64,000 nucleotides of DNA from Octopus bimaculoides (GCF_001194135.2 NC_068993.1:63457134-63521133); one strand, 5' to 3'. Positions 13,455 to 26,139 are shown, numbered from the stretch's first letter. The notes: generated by a model from the sequence alone, not told the origin. Made by a program: numbers and translations.

Positions 13455-13622
13455 TACAATACTCTTTACTCTTTTACTTGTTTCAGTCATTTGACTGTGG
13501 CCATGCTGGAGCACCACCTTTAGTCCAGCAAATCGACCCAGAGCTTATTCTTTGTAAGCCTAGTACTTATTGCCAAACCACTAAGTTACGGGGACATAAA
13601 CACACCACCATCGATTGTCAAG
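13455..13622 (-). mobile_element. SINE family A 3' tail
   Basis: Reverse complement of the tail ...aataagtactaggcttacaaagaataag...ggtgctccagcatggcc.cagtcaaatgactgaaacaagtaaaagagtaaa; compare 50803-51010. Confidence 0.8.
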
Positions 13623-13894
13623 TGTGAGCATACTTGTGTGTGCGTGTGTGTGTATGTATGTGTGTGTGTGTGTGTGCATGTGTGTGTGTCTATGTATATG
13701 CACATGCACATATTTTTAATTGGTTTTCCCTAACTATGCCATGAAAGAGGGCCATTGGATATATGTACATGCATACATACATATATACACACACACAAAC
13801 TCATTTATATACATACATATACATACACACACACATATATATACATACACACATACATACACGTGTGTGTCTGTGTCTTTACATGTGTTTGTCC

Positions 13895-14090
13895 ACCACC
13901 ACCACCACCACTTGACAACAGGTGTTGGTGTGTTTAACTTCCACAACTTAGCAGTTTGGCAAAAGCAACTGACAGAATAAGTACCAGGCTTTATAAAGAA
14001 ATAAGAACAATTCATTTGACTAAAACCCCTGGAAGGTGATGCTCCAGCATGGCCACAGTCTGGTGACTGAAACAAGAAAAAGACAAAAAA
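13895..14090 (+). mobile_element. SINE family A 3' tail
   Basis: cttgacaac...ggtgtgttt...aacttagcagtttggcaaaag...aataagtacc...gctccagcatggccacagtc...gactgaaacaag. Confidence 0.75.
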
Positions 14091-15115
14091 CAAAAGAAAG
14101 ATGTTTTAACAACACCTTCGTGATTTATTTGCGATCACATTGACTGTGATTCATATTTGAGTCTGGCTTTTATTTTATTGATCTCTCGATTCTTGTGAAT
14201 GGTGAATCATTCCAGTATTTGTGTACATTTTGTATGATTTATTCGTTGTGTCAGAGTTCAGTGCATCTTTCTGTCGCAGACTGGAAGGAAGGACATAGCA
14301 AGACTGCCGTGTCTGTATTTGTGAGGAACAACAATAATTATGTCTGTGAGAGAACTTCCAGCATCATGGAATAAGTTTTGTATGTTGCAAGAATTCTCTA
14401 TCAGAGAGGAGACAAGCATTGGAAGGTTTGGACTGGGTCTAAGCAGTGACCTTTCTTTCGCTGAAAAACAGAGAAAAATCTTACCCAGGAAGCAACGAGA
14501 AAGGTCTGACTGCTTCATCAGGCTTTGAACATACTTTGTAGCAGCAACCAATCAAAATAACTCAATTGGGTCATGTGACTCATGCCTTTAATCAGTTTTA
14601 ATAATCACTAGATTCAATTTTGGGGAAATATTTTAGATTTTAATCAGTTTCAGAGAATCAGAACAGTTTTTATTTATTTATTTTTTCCATTTTATTCAAA
14701 ACAGAAAAATCTGTTTTATGTTTTAATTTCGTCACTTGACTGAGATTAGCAGAATTAAATTCTGAACATCAACACCTCAGCAAGCATCATTATGATGATG
14801 ACGACGACATCAATGACGACGATATCAATGACGACGACGACGATGACAACCACCACCACCGCCACCGCCACCGCCACCAACAACAACAACAACAACCTCA
14901 TAAACACATTCAGAATTCATTATCCTTGTTATCATCCTCAACTTATATCACCATAATCATCTGCCATCAGCATTTAATTCCTGTAATCAACAAGAATGCA
15001 TCACCAGAAACTGTACGCTGGCCCCAACACCATTCCAGCCACCATTCTCATTCCCATCATTGTCAGCATCATCATCATCATCTTCACCGTCACAACCATA
15101 ATCACCAATAATTAA

Positions 15116-15365
15116 CTGACGCTCTGTCAGTTACAATGACGAGGTTTCCAGTAGATCCAATCAACAGAACATCCTGCTCATGGAATTAACATGCAAGTGG
15201 CTGAGCACTCCACAGACACGTGTAATGAAGTTCTCAGGGAGATTTGGCATGACACAGAATGTAACAAGGCTGGCTCCTTTTGAATTACAGGTACAACCAT
15301 TTTTGCCAGCTGAGTGGGCTGGAGCTAGGTGAAGTAAAGTATCTTGCTCAAGGTCATGACATGCT
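15116..15365 (-). mobile_element. SINE family C, partial
   Basis: Aligns by eye with 26591-26913 (gtggctgag.actccacagacacgtg...gttctcaggga...caaggctg...cttgctcaagg). A further fragment lies near 5700-5810 (+). Confidence 0.7.
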
Positions 15366-15856
15366 ACCCAGAGATGAGTACCCTGTTCACTAAGCCACAC
15401 AATCACCAGTAATATACACGGCAACACCGTCATCACAATAGAGATTATTCCTCACATGTCATATCACAGCCTTCTCTGGAATTGGAGATGGAATGAAGCA
15501 GGTGTGTAGGAGCCAAAACAGGATCCCTTTAAATACCGTAATATCTTACAACGAACCCCCATTTATTCAAATGTACACACACACACACAACAAATAACAT
15601 GGTGACCATAAAACTGGGAAAATATTCTAAACAATGACAGCACGGTGAACGTCATTGATGACGATGGGAATGTGTAGTCTCCACCCATATCCCCTACCCG
15701 ACCCCCAGGGCTGGTGGATATCGACCCAAGAATGTCTGAAGAACACTAGCAAAGATACCAAAGCTACCAGGGCAGGCTTCAGGAATAAAGTCTTGAGAAG
15801 AATGTGAATGGTTTGTTTTATTTCTAATACCTCACATTCCTGTGGTCCTTACCATG

Positions 15857-15891
<35 letters not shown>

Positions 15892-16555
15892 TGTGTGTGT
15901 GTGTGTGTAAGTTGATGAAAGGAGATCCCAGAGGCCCTGGCTGTAATCCTTCTAAACATAACAGAAACGCTTGCCATTGCCCCTACTCTCCTTACACACA
16001 CACATAAATCTCAGTGACTGCACGTGTGTGTGTGTGTGAGTATATATATATATATATACATACATATATATATACATACATATATGTATATATATATATA
16101 CACACACATACACACACATCTATATACATATACAAATATATACATACACACATAGATGTGCACGCACACACACATACACACACATGTATGTATGTATGTA
16201 TGTATGTATATGTAAGTTGGTGTATCTGTGTGTGCATGTATGTAAAATCACAAAATACACGCATTCATGCATACATGCTATTAGGCATAATTTAAAGAAA
16301 ATATGATCCCTTATAGCATTACAAAATATAATCCCTTATAGCATTACAAAAAAAACTAAAGAAAAGTGAAAAGTCTGGCAAACATTGAAAGTCATCACAT
16401 AACCGAAACATTCCTGGCGTTGAGTAAAAGTTAGAACCACATTTCAGCCAAACAGTTTCTCTTGGTGCCAGACGGGTGTAAAACAAGTGTGTATGTATTG
16501 TTGTATTTGTGGATAGAAGTGTTTATATCTCCCTCACTCTATGTGTAAAGAAGTA

Positions 16556-16648
<93 letters not shown>

Positions 16649-17308
16649 ACATACATATATAAATATATATATGTATATATGTGTATGTATATTAACACAA
16701 CTAGTTTTATTTACAAGCATTCACATATCCTTTAGAAATAACCAACACACACACAAACACACACATTTAATTGGATGACAATGGCATATATAAGCTGGAT
16801 GAGTTAAGAGGCTATTAAAAAAAGGTTTTATATCCATGATATGTACACCTCCATAGAAAATGCTTCAGATATTTGCAAATAAGCAACTACACGCTCCACC
16901 GTAATGCATGTATCTATCTTCTTCTTCTTCTAAAAATAAATACAATTTGCTTCCAAGATGTTGTAAACAGTGCCATGGTAAACCCTATTTGTTTTACCAA
17001 ACTAATAGGTTGTTGTTTAGTTGTCATGGAATTCTGGCAAAATATTACCAAATTTATTGTATGTTGTCCCCTCCTGCAAAAACGCTTTTCCCCAGCTCCA
17101 CCTGGAAGCAGTTTATTTATTTACTTTTAGGGTATCTTGAGAGAATACAAACAGAAATACCCCTATTTGCTTTTGTTTTTATATAAATTTCTTATATTTA
17201 TTGTCCTCACCTGCCACCTGTCTCCTAAATTATATCCTCCTTCTTAAGAAACATAAGCAAAAGGGAGCTTAGGATTATGAGCACACATTTACATATTGTC
17301 TTAAAAGC

Positions 17309-17343
<35 letters not shown>

Positions 17344-18807
17344 TTATATGTCTCTGTGTATATTGTGCACAAACACCTGAAGCAATTCTCTGTATGTATG
17401 CTTGTATGCATGTATAGGCGTATGTATGGAGGCTGATCTTAAGACCCAGAACCTCCCAAAAGAGATTACAAGGATTGGCAATATGCAATTGCCATGTGAA
17501 GATGACCATCTAATCAAATCTGAGATTCTGGAAGCACAACTGGGCCCTTCCAGCCTATTTCTTCAAGATACCGTGGCCAAAGAATAAACCAGCCACCCAA
17601 ACAAGCTACTTAATAATGAGGGTGGCCTTCATTAGATACCCTGCAGGACACAAAGCAAAAGAAAAAACCCATCACAGGGCGGGTGGACTCAGTAAAATCA
17701 ACAACAACTGGGAGCCAGTGACCCCTTAATCCTTGTTTTGGCGTCTCTCCAGAAGGAAAACTCCCATGTGACACCTGTGACTTTGTTTGCATCCAATGAT
17801 GTAGAATGGTTCTTCTTTTCGGGCAAATGCATTTGTTGTTTAAAGAGTGGCAGTGGCCATTCCTCACTTGAAAAAGCTTCAAACACAGGCACCGCTTGAT
17901 TCTTAGTACCTCAGAGGATATGCTGGACACCTGTGGCTGGCTGTGGCTGTGAAAAGCCGGCAAGTATCAGTGTGGGTGGTCACTTTTTGAACACCTGTCC
18001 TTGCTACATCTGGACAGTTGTCTTGAAGAGTCAACTCCATTCTGCTTCCAGAAAATGATCAGAAAATGACAGCATTGCCTCAAATGAAGTTGTGGCCTTC
18101 ATGCATATATCTTTACATATTTTATCTTTTATTTGTTCCATTTACTGGAATGCAGCCATACTTGGGTGCCATCTTAAAGGGTTTTGTCAAACAAATTAGC
18201 CAGGGTACATCGTTTTTCTGCTAAACTGCTGAGTTAAGCAGATGTAAACAAACCAACACCAGTTTTTAATCAATATTGGAAAGACAAACATAATCTCAAA
18301 CAAACACATAGAGGGTTTTTAACTGTAAACAGAGTACAGACTATGGGAATGTTGTCCTGAAAGCTTTCAGCCGGTTGAATGTTCTGGCAAAGCCATGTGA
18401 AAGAGTGCTTTGGTGAGCATAAACAGAACACAGCCTGCAACGCTGCTTCATTCTTTACCGTTTGTCAGCTTCCACAAATAACGACTGGTGTATTTCAAAA
18501 AGTTTCTTTGTGTTGCTGTTATTTGAATGTATATTAAACAGACTTATAATTTATTTTTATTTCAATATAACATCATCATCAACCCAGCTTCCTAAATAGG
18601 TTTCAGTTGAAGATATTCAGCAGTAGGACCCTGGGGGGAGCTATGTGTGTGTTTTACAATGTTCTTCACCATTACTGATTCTCTGAACCTCAGCATGTTA
18701 TGGTTCGAGTTTTATATTTGGTGTTTTAGACAATCTCTTGTTTTGGAGGTGATTGTCTTTTGTGGTTCAAATTCCCTCTGGTACACTGATGTATATGGTA
18801 ACATGAA

Positions 18808-19625
18808 AAATATGGTAATATGAAAGCAAAGAATAAAAATAAAATAAACTGAACATTTTTGACACTGGCTTTTGGTTGCTGCTTTCAGTCAAGTTTCCAA
18901 AGCTGGCAAAGCCATTTGTAACATTTGTGCTGTGCACAGAAAATGCACAATTATTGAAAAAACTGCACAAGCTTCAAGGATGGGAAATTTGACCTTACAG
19001 ACTCCATGTTTTGGCATGTTTTGTTCAATTCAAGGATTGAACGAGCTTATCAATGAGGATCCATGCCGCTCCACTTGGGAATTGGTCCAGCTGATGAAAT
19101 CATTGCCCGTCAGTTCCATTTAATAGGTAAGATCTGAAGACTCAGTGCTTGGGCACCACACACTCTCAATGAAAGAGACGAATTCCAGTGCTGCTCTCTC
19201 ACAACCAGTTTACTCCCTCGATGCCAGGCAACTCACAGACACAAAAGGAAATTCCTTTACTGCATCATCACCAGTGATGGAAAATGGTGTCTTTCCATCA
19301 ATGTGAAGCAGAAGAAAGAATGGCTGAGAGACAAGCAAGCAGCACTTTGAACTGAACCAGAGCCGCATTTATGCAAGACAATGATCTGGGATTTGTGGGA
19401 TTTGGAAGGGCCAACAACCACATGGTCAAGGCATGTTCAGCGAATGCATTGACCCAATGGGGCAATCCAGCTGAGATGGCCTGACTGGTGACACAGTGTG
19501 CTTCTTCAATATGACAGTACTTGCTCCACATCACTAATTTCATCACAAAAATTCAATTCAAGAGTTTGGTTTGTAAGTTCTACTTCACTCACCATTTTCT
19601 CTTGATATTGAACCTTCAAATTGAC
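18808..19625 (+). pseudogene. Decayed mariner (D,D34D) transposase
   Basis: Frame-broken translation gives an HTH region (EHF*HWLLVAAFSQVSKAGKAICNICAV), LSAWAPHTLNE (WVPHEL motif), FLYCIITSDGKWCL (TGDEKW), LQYDSTCS (HDNARPH) and HSPFSLDIEPSN (HPPYSPDLAPSD) in the correct order, with several stops and frameshifts. Confidence 0.85.
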
Positions 19626-20934
19626 AGGGAACAAGGTGCCCCTGAATTGTTACCAGTAGAACCATACATAAGCTGAAGTTGATGGGCCTGTTTACTCAGT
19701 GTAAATAGTTTTATTTATCAAGGAGGTCTTGTTAGCTTAATAGAAGATAATGAAAGTCTTGGAGGTAGAATAAGAATGGAAGAAGCTCACAGAGTTGTTG
19801 TGTTTGTTGGCAGATGATGCTGGACAGGAAGGAGTAGGAATATATTGTAACAAAGGCTTATCTAACTTGAAATAATTGGGCTTCCGGAGTCAGTAAGGAT
19901 GAGTTGGGTATTTACAGCAATGTCTCCTGGCATTTTGTTTATCTGGGGTAATAAATATGGGATTAATTCTAAATTTCTGAAACAGTGTACCCCAAATTCA
20001 GAAGGTGGGGTAAAGAATGCTATCTGCATCTAGGGTATGTCATATTGAGATTATGGAAAGGCCTACAAAGGTCAGTGGCAATACTCCTGCCCTTCGCCTC
20101 TGCTTTCACAATATTTTATCCCTAAATACATTGTAAAGGTACCTCCACTACTTCCATGTTTGTCTTCTGAGACAACAAGAGACATTGGAAGAGGAGAGAA
20201 GGCCCGTTAGTTGGTTTAGTCACTCTTCTTCTCCTTGTTTTTCTTTGAGAAGAAGGGTTAAGCGTCCTGTACTTCAAGATATTCCTTACAGGGAGGGGAC
20301 TGTGAATGTAGTGTCTCTGGTATTTTGGTAGGGATCTATGTTGCTGTCATGGACAATAATGATTAATGCAAATGTTATTTGTTATGATTGTAGGGGGGCA
20401 ATAAGTGGGGAGGGCAAATAATTGCCTACAGTTCAAAACTAACAACACAGCAACAATTGCTGTCTAACAACATAAACTTATATATGATTTCTGTCAGCAG
20501 TGACACTCACATAATGCACAGTTTACTGTCACTTTTATAAACACAGGAGGAGGAGGAGGAGGAGGAGGAAACAGTGATATAACAGTAGTAGTCAAATTTT
20601 GAACCCATTTGGGGATACATGTCTGAAGTAACTCTCCCTCTCCCTCTCTCTAATTACAAGTATGTATATATACATGAACATTGAATATCTCAGAAATATA
20701 TACACTTTTTTATGCAGTATCATATTCATTAGACATGAATTCAACTATAAGCAGTCGACTGTAAGCCATGTTGCAGAGAATCGACTCCCTCACTCAGTAA
20801 GGAGTCTGGCTGAGAGTCACACATCTAACGAGGTCAGAAGTCATTTGATTACAGCATTGTCCATTTCATTGTGGTTCCAGCAGATCTCCTGAATATTCTT
20901 CACAATCTGTGTCCCATTTGTTCAGTGAATGTAA

Positions 20935-21250
20935 CTACTCTAATGTGGTAAGCTAGCAGAATCGTTTGCAGGTTCGGCAAAGTGTGCTTAGTGGCATTTC
21001 AGCTGTCTTTACATTCTGAGTTCAAATTCTGCCAAAGTCAACGTTGCCTTTCATCCTTTCAGGATCAATAAAACGAGTACCAGTTGCTCACTGGGGTCAA
21101 TGCAATTGACTTACCCACTTCCCCCATAATTGCTGNNNNNNNNNNATCCTTTCAGGATCAATAAAACGAGTACCAGTTGCTCACTGGGGTCAATGCAATT
21201 GACTTACCCACTTCCCCCATAATTGCTGGCCTTGTGCTAGAATTTGAAAG
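20935..21250 (+). mobile_element. SINE family B copy, partly duplicated across a 10-N gap
   Basis: gcagaatcgtt...gagttcaaattctgcc...gcctttcatcctttc.ggatcaataaaa.gagtaccag. Related copies lie near 8505-8660(-), 11095-11260(-), 30050-30200(-), 34930-35040(-), 42263-42470(-), 43165-43290(+) and 46755-46915(+). Confidence 0.75.
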
Positions 21251-21770
21251 CAATAATAACTACTTCCTTAGTCCTTTACAGTCAAATAGATGAATGTTCC
21301 CCAAATGTCCCCTTAACTTAATCCCCAGCCAAATGTTGTGTATCGTAGTTTGATGAGACTGGTTCTATGAACAACAAATAAAGTTCATCTCGTGAGCAAG
21401 CTTTATGTATTTTTCTTTCTAATTAACATTAGTCATTAGGCTTTAGTCAACACTTCTTGAAGATGTTGCATTGTGGGATTGAATGCAAGACTTCATTGTT
21501 TGGAAGCAAATTTATTAACCATTTAACCACACAAATACACAACATAACAATTAAGACAGGGATTAAAAATATTTCACCAATTTCCAGATGTTTAGTTCAA
21601 TTCACAGCAACGAATTGAAGAATTAATGATTTTCAAATCCCAAAACTCCATAAGAGTGATGTTCACTCTTAGTTTCCCTGGCATTAAACTAACTTCATCA
21701 TCATCCTCATCATCATCATTTAACATCCTATTTCCATGCTCGTATGAGATTTAAAAAAAATATCATTGGT

Positions 21771-21802
<32 letters not shown>

Positions 21803-22380
21803 TACAATAGGATTTTACTTTAAGGGCAGGGGAAGAATTGATCTCACCACTGCAACCTAATGGTATTTCTTACCAATTCCTTGTAGAATGATGTTCATGA
21901 TAAAAACTGAGTCTTTGTATTTAGGTGTAATATCAACTTCTGACCATATAATAAATTTGCTTGTTTTGTTATTGTTTACAGCTGTCAGTTCATTAAAGTA
22001 GCTAAATTATCCTCAAATCACATCCTGATATCTTGGAACAATCCTGAGTGAGTTAAGATCTCATTCCATCAAATTAGAGTTCTTACCATGGTTAATGAAG
22101 CATTAAGTCAACGAGAGTGCAAAACTTCCTCCTGGAAGAGATATCAGTTCATTGCAAAGTTAAACTGTTGCTACTGAGATTCGGTTGAGTAACAGGAAAT
22201 GAAAGCCCCATGTGCAAGGACACAACACATTTTCTGTTCCAGGAACTGGATCTACAATCTTAAAATGATGCTTTGGTACCGTAATTAGTGAACCTTACTT
22301 GTTCATTTAGTGTCTATGTGGAAAAACAAAATTTTTAAAAACTAAAAGAGAATGGTAAAGGAGATAAAATTGGTACTTAC

Positions 22381-22548
22381 TATAGAAAAATCTAGAACTC
22401 GAAGAATCCATACTGTAAGGGCCAAGTTCATAATAACAAGGATCATGAGTAACAGAATGAACGCATATAAACAGCGTTTCCTCCAACCATAAATACCGAC
22501 AGGTAAGAAACCCCCAAAAGTTTCATTTGAAATATGCGTTGGCCTCAT
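22381..22548 (-). CDS. SGCD: Sarcoglycan first coding exon (exon begins at 22554; ATG at 22548): cytoplasmic N-terminus and transmembrane helix
   Basis: Acceptor ttttttcttctcatttcAG (AG at 22556-22555), ACC-ATG with A at -3, and donor ATA|GTAAGT (GT at 22380-22379). Encodes [56 protein letters not shown], containing the family hallmark [12 protein letters not shown] followed by a TM segment. An upstream in-frame extension (GAT ACC before the ATG) cannot be excluded. Confidence 0.93.
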
Positions 22549-23507
22549 GGTATCCTGAAATGAGAAGAAAAAATGAAAGAAGATTAATATTCTTTGAGGT
22601 TTTTGTTAGTTTTGTAACTTTTTTCTTTTACAATCAAGTTTGAGAAGGAAGGTTGTTGTCCACAGTTCTTTCATTTGGAGGGGACAATTTGAAACATTTG
22701 CGTAAGATGAAAAAAAATATTTATTCCTTTGGTTTGAAATTATTTTCCATTCTTTTGTGGTCAGGGATTAACCGATAATCCTTCCCCACTTATATTACAG
22801 GTACTTTCTATTCCTATTCCACTTCTCCCTGTTTGTAACCTATAGAAAAGTATTTACGACTTCCAAAGAAATTCTGAATAACCAATGAGAGGATGTGAAG
22901 CAAGCCTTGTTGATAACAAGAATGGACAGTAGAGGACATCATCCAGGAATCCTAGTCTTTGGGAACAGGCATGAAAATCTAGCAGACTTTCTTGATTAAT
23001 TTAGGATTGTTTTATCCTGATTCACCTGCGAGAGGAGGCCATCCAACATTGACTTAGGTCTGCTCAATCAGGTTGACCTGGGGCTAAACAACTGCATTAA
23101 TTCTGATCATATTAGATCGCAATTAGGACAGTAGAATATCCGAGCGCTAAGCTGAAATGAACTCCAGTTATTTGCCATCTTTGCATTTCTTATAAAATAC
23201 ATACCAGCTATACACTGGTGTCAATAACTATATTTACATCTCTACAAATTTGTGGGCTTTTTTCTTTTTTTTTTATTGTGTTTCAATGCCAGAAATCAAT
23301 TTATTTACCAAAATTTCTTATAAAACTTAATCTTAGAATAGACTTAAGAATATTTGGATTGAAATTTTTTGCAAGCTTCAAGGAATGTCTTGTCTGGAAT
23401 TGGAACAAGTAAAGTTTACATTTTAATAGAAAGTTAAAAAATAATTGTATCACACACTAAAAGAAAAACTGTTTATTATACACACACAAACACACACATT
23501 CACATAC

Positions 23508-23606
23508 CTCCCCGTCCCCCACCCATATGTGTTGGCGCTAAAAACTGGCATCGAAACCCAAGTAAAATATCACTGATTAGAGACAGACTGTGACACTAAG
23601 TTCAGT

Positions 23607-23643
<37 letters not shown>

Positions 23644-23900
23644 ACATAAACACGGTGGCAGACACAAAAACCACTTCCACCAACAGCCTGAACTTCAAAC
23701 TAGATTCAGCTCCTCCCCTTCCTCCTCCCCTCTCCGCTAAGGGTTGTAGTAAGAGAAGCACTGTTTCTCTCGTTAATCTTATACAGGTCAGACTCTAGGC
23801 CGTGAGTGTTAGTTATACGGAGATAAACACACAGTACTTAGGGAACTCAGAGGATACCCTGATGCTTTCACTACCAGAATCTAGCTAAATGATTATTCAG
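23508..23900 (-). promoter_or_regulatory. Candidate promoter / non-coding first exon of the sarcoglycan gene
   Basis: Locally CpG-richer unique sequence with a G-rich tract and a good donor GAG|GTATGT (GT at 23507-23506), 953 nt above the 22554 acceptor. There is no transcript evidence. Confidence 0.25.
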
Positions 23901-24036
23901 CGCTCACACACACACACACAAAAATGTGCATGTGTGTGTGTGTGTGTGTGTGTGTAAATATGTATATCCGAGGCGCAGGAAAAAGCCGAAGAATTAATTA
24001 AGCTCTTTATTATAAAATCTTGAAATATATATCTTA

Positions 24037-24370
24037 GGGGCAGACATGGGTGAGTGGTTAGGAAGCTTGCTTCCCAACCATGTGCTCTTGGGTTCAGTCC
24101 CACTGTGTGACGCTTCTACTGTAGACCCAAGCCAACCAAGGCCTGGTGAATGGGTTTGGTTGACAGAAACTGAAATAGTTCTAAGCATTGGTGCTGGTGC
24201 CACATAAAAAGCACCTTGTCCACCCTGTAAAGTGGTTGGCATTAGGAAGGGTATCCACCCAGAGAAACCCTGCCAAAACAAACTACGGAACCCTGTGCAC
24301 CCCCTCGCCTTCCCAGCTCTGTGAGACCATCCAACCCATGGGAAACAAGCATTAGATGGTAATGATGACG
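24037..24370 (+). mobile_element. SINE family A head and body followed by an RTE-type tail
   Basis: Head gggtgagtggttaggaagcttgcttcccaaccatgtg...ggttcagtcccactg to ...gacagaaactgaaa (~24177), then ...aaaagcacc...gtggttggcattaggaaggg...ccaacccatg...gatg. Confidence 0.65.
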
Positions 24371-25043
24371 AAAAACGCACACACGCACACACACCCACAC
24401 ACACACACACACATTACAAATCTATCGGATTTACAGGGATATATATATAACACTCTACCAATACATTGAATTAAGACTATCTCTCTCTCTCTCCCTCACA
24501 AACACATGGAGGCCACCAGGTGTAGACATCCCAGCCCTGGCAAGGTAGGTCATCTGGTGCACACATCTGTTATCTGTCAGAATCAGGGATAACCTGATGA
24601 TGGATTAGGTGTCTGTTCGTTCCTACACACATCTTTGTGTTGCTTCCTTTACGATATTCTTTTCTCTATCAAATGGAATCCAGGATGCAGTGAACCCAAC
24701 TTTTAACCAAAGAAATTTCAAATAAGGCTTTTCAAAAAATAACGCAAATACTTGACTTGCATTGTTCATACTCTCCTTCTCTCTGTCTCTGTCTCTGTCT
24801 CTCTCTCCCTCTGTCTGTCTCTGTCTCTCTCTCCCTCTCTCTCTGTCACTGTCCCTCTCTCCCTCTCTCTCTCGCACACACACACACATGCTTACATGTA
24901 TTTAAGACTAAATATTCGTTGGTTAACACATTGTATAGGATTTCTTTGCATCCCAACCATCTGCTTCTGGATTTAGTTCTGTTGCATATATATATAAGCA
25001 TACATACATAAATGCATGTATACATACATACATACACACACAC

Positions 25044-25122
<79 letters not shown>

Positions 25123-26139
25123 CATATATATATATGCATACATACATATATGCATGCTTGCATATACATATATACATACGAAAATATATGTGTAGATGAA
25201 TAAGGTTTGTTGTGCCTGGGGCTGCTTTTGCCCTGAGGCCATTCACCCAGCAGGTCAGGTTGAATAAACTGCAAAGAATCCTTGCATTTCCATTCCAACC
25301 AAATGGTTATTCTCTCTGCCATGTCACATTTTCCGCTGATGCATTCCTAGCGCAGATCAAACATCCTCGGTTCATAGGGTTAAGAGTTTTATCAAGGTTT
25401 CCCTGCTGGGTAGGATCTAAAGAAACCATTCTTCAAACTTTCTTCCCTTTTCATTATAAATCATTGTCGCTTGCACGTGTGTGTGTATGTGTATGTGTGT
25501 GTTTGTGTGTGTGTGTGTGTGCGTGCATGCATGCGTGTGTGCTTGTGTATAGAGAATATTGCTGTATTCCATGCATTAAGTTCATCATCATTATCGTCAT
25601 CATCATTTAACATGTTTCTCCATGCTGGCATGGGTTGGACTGCTTGACAGGAGCTGACAAACCACAGGACTTCATCAAGCTCTACTGTCTGTTTTGACAC
25701 GGTTTCCCACAGCTCGATGGCCTTCCCACGACTTGCAAAGGTGCAACAGGAGCTGTGGTGGTGTGCTAATAGCTTTGGTTATCAGCTGATAAAGGTGTGA
25801 TAGTAATTGTAGTAGTAGTAGTAGTAGTTACAGAGATAAAGGAGTGACAAGCCTGTTCATGCATCGGAGCAATGAAGACCGTCTAATCTTCCTAAAGGAA
25901 GAGTGGTGCCTTATGCAGCGACCTGGTTTGAAGTGAAGAACCATTGTGCACTGCAAAACTCACTCTCTCATCCATGACCAGTCCGGTGGCATGACTCGGT
26001 CAAGATGACCGGGGATGGGGACAGATGCAGTGGATGACCAACAGGTTTGCTTTGCCTCGTTTCTCTCCGTTAAACCATAGAGGTTCCTTTCAACAGAGTC
26101 CTCAAGATTCAGCCTTCATATGCATAGGAAGGCAAGCTT

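Noticed and set aside
14500-14530. Other CTGATGA occurrences (minus strand near 14516, 10137 and 30506; plus strand near 8966 and 24590)
   Set aside because: No stem II followed by GAAA, so they are not hammerhead-like.
17400-17900. Coding-like stretch with a CxxC motif (LPCDTCDFVC), possibly a decayed LINE 3' end
   Set aside because: Too degenerate to assign by eye; needs a translated repeat-library search.
19750-20420. Unique-looking, moderately GC stretch possibly from a LINE ORF1
   Set aside because: No sustained open frame or diagnostic motif was found.
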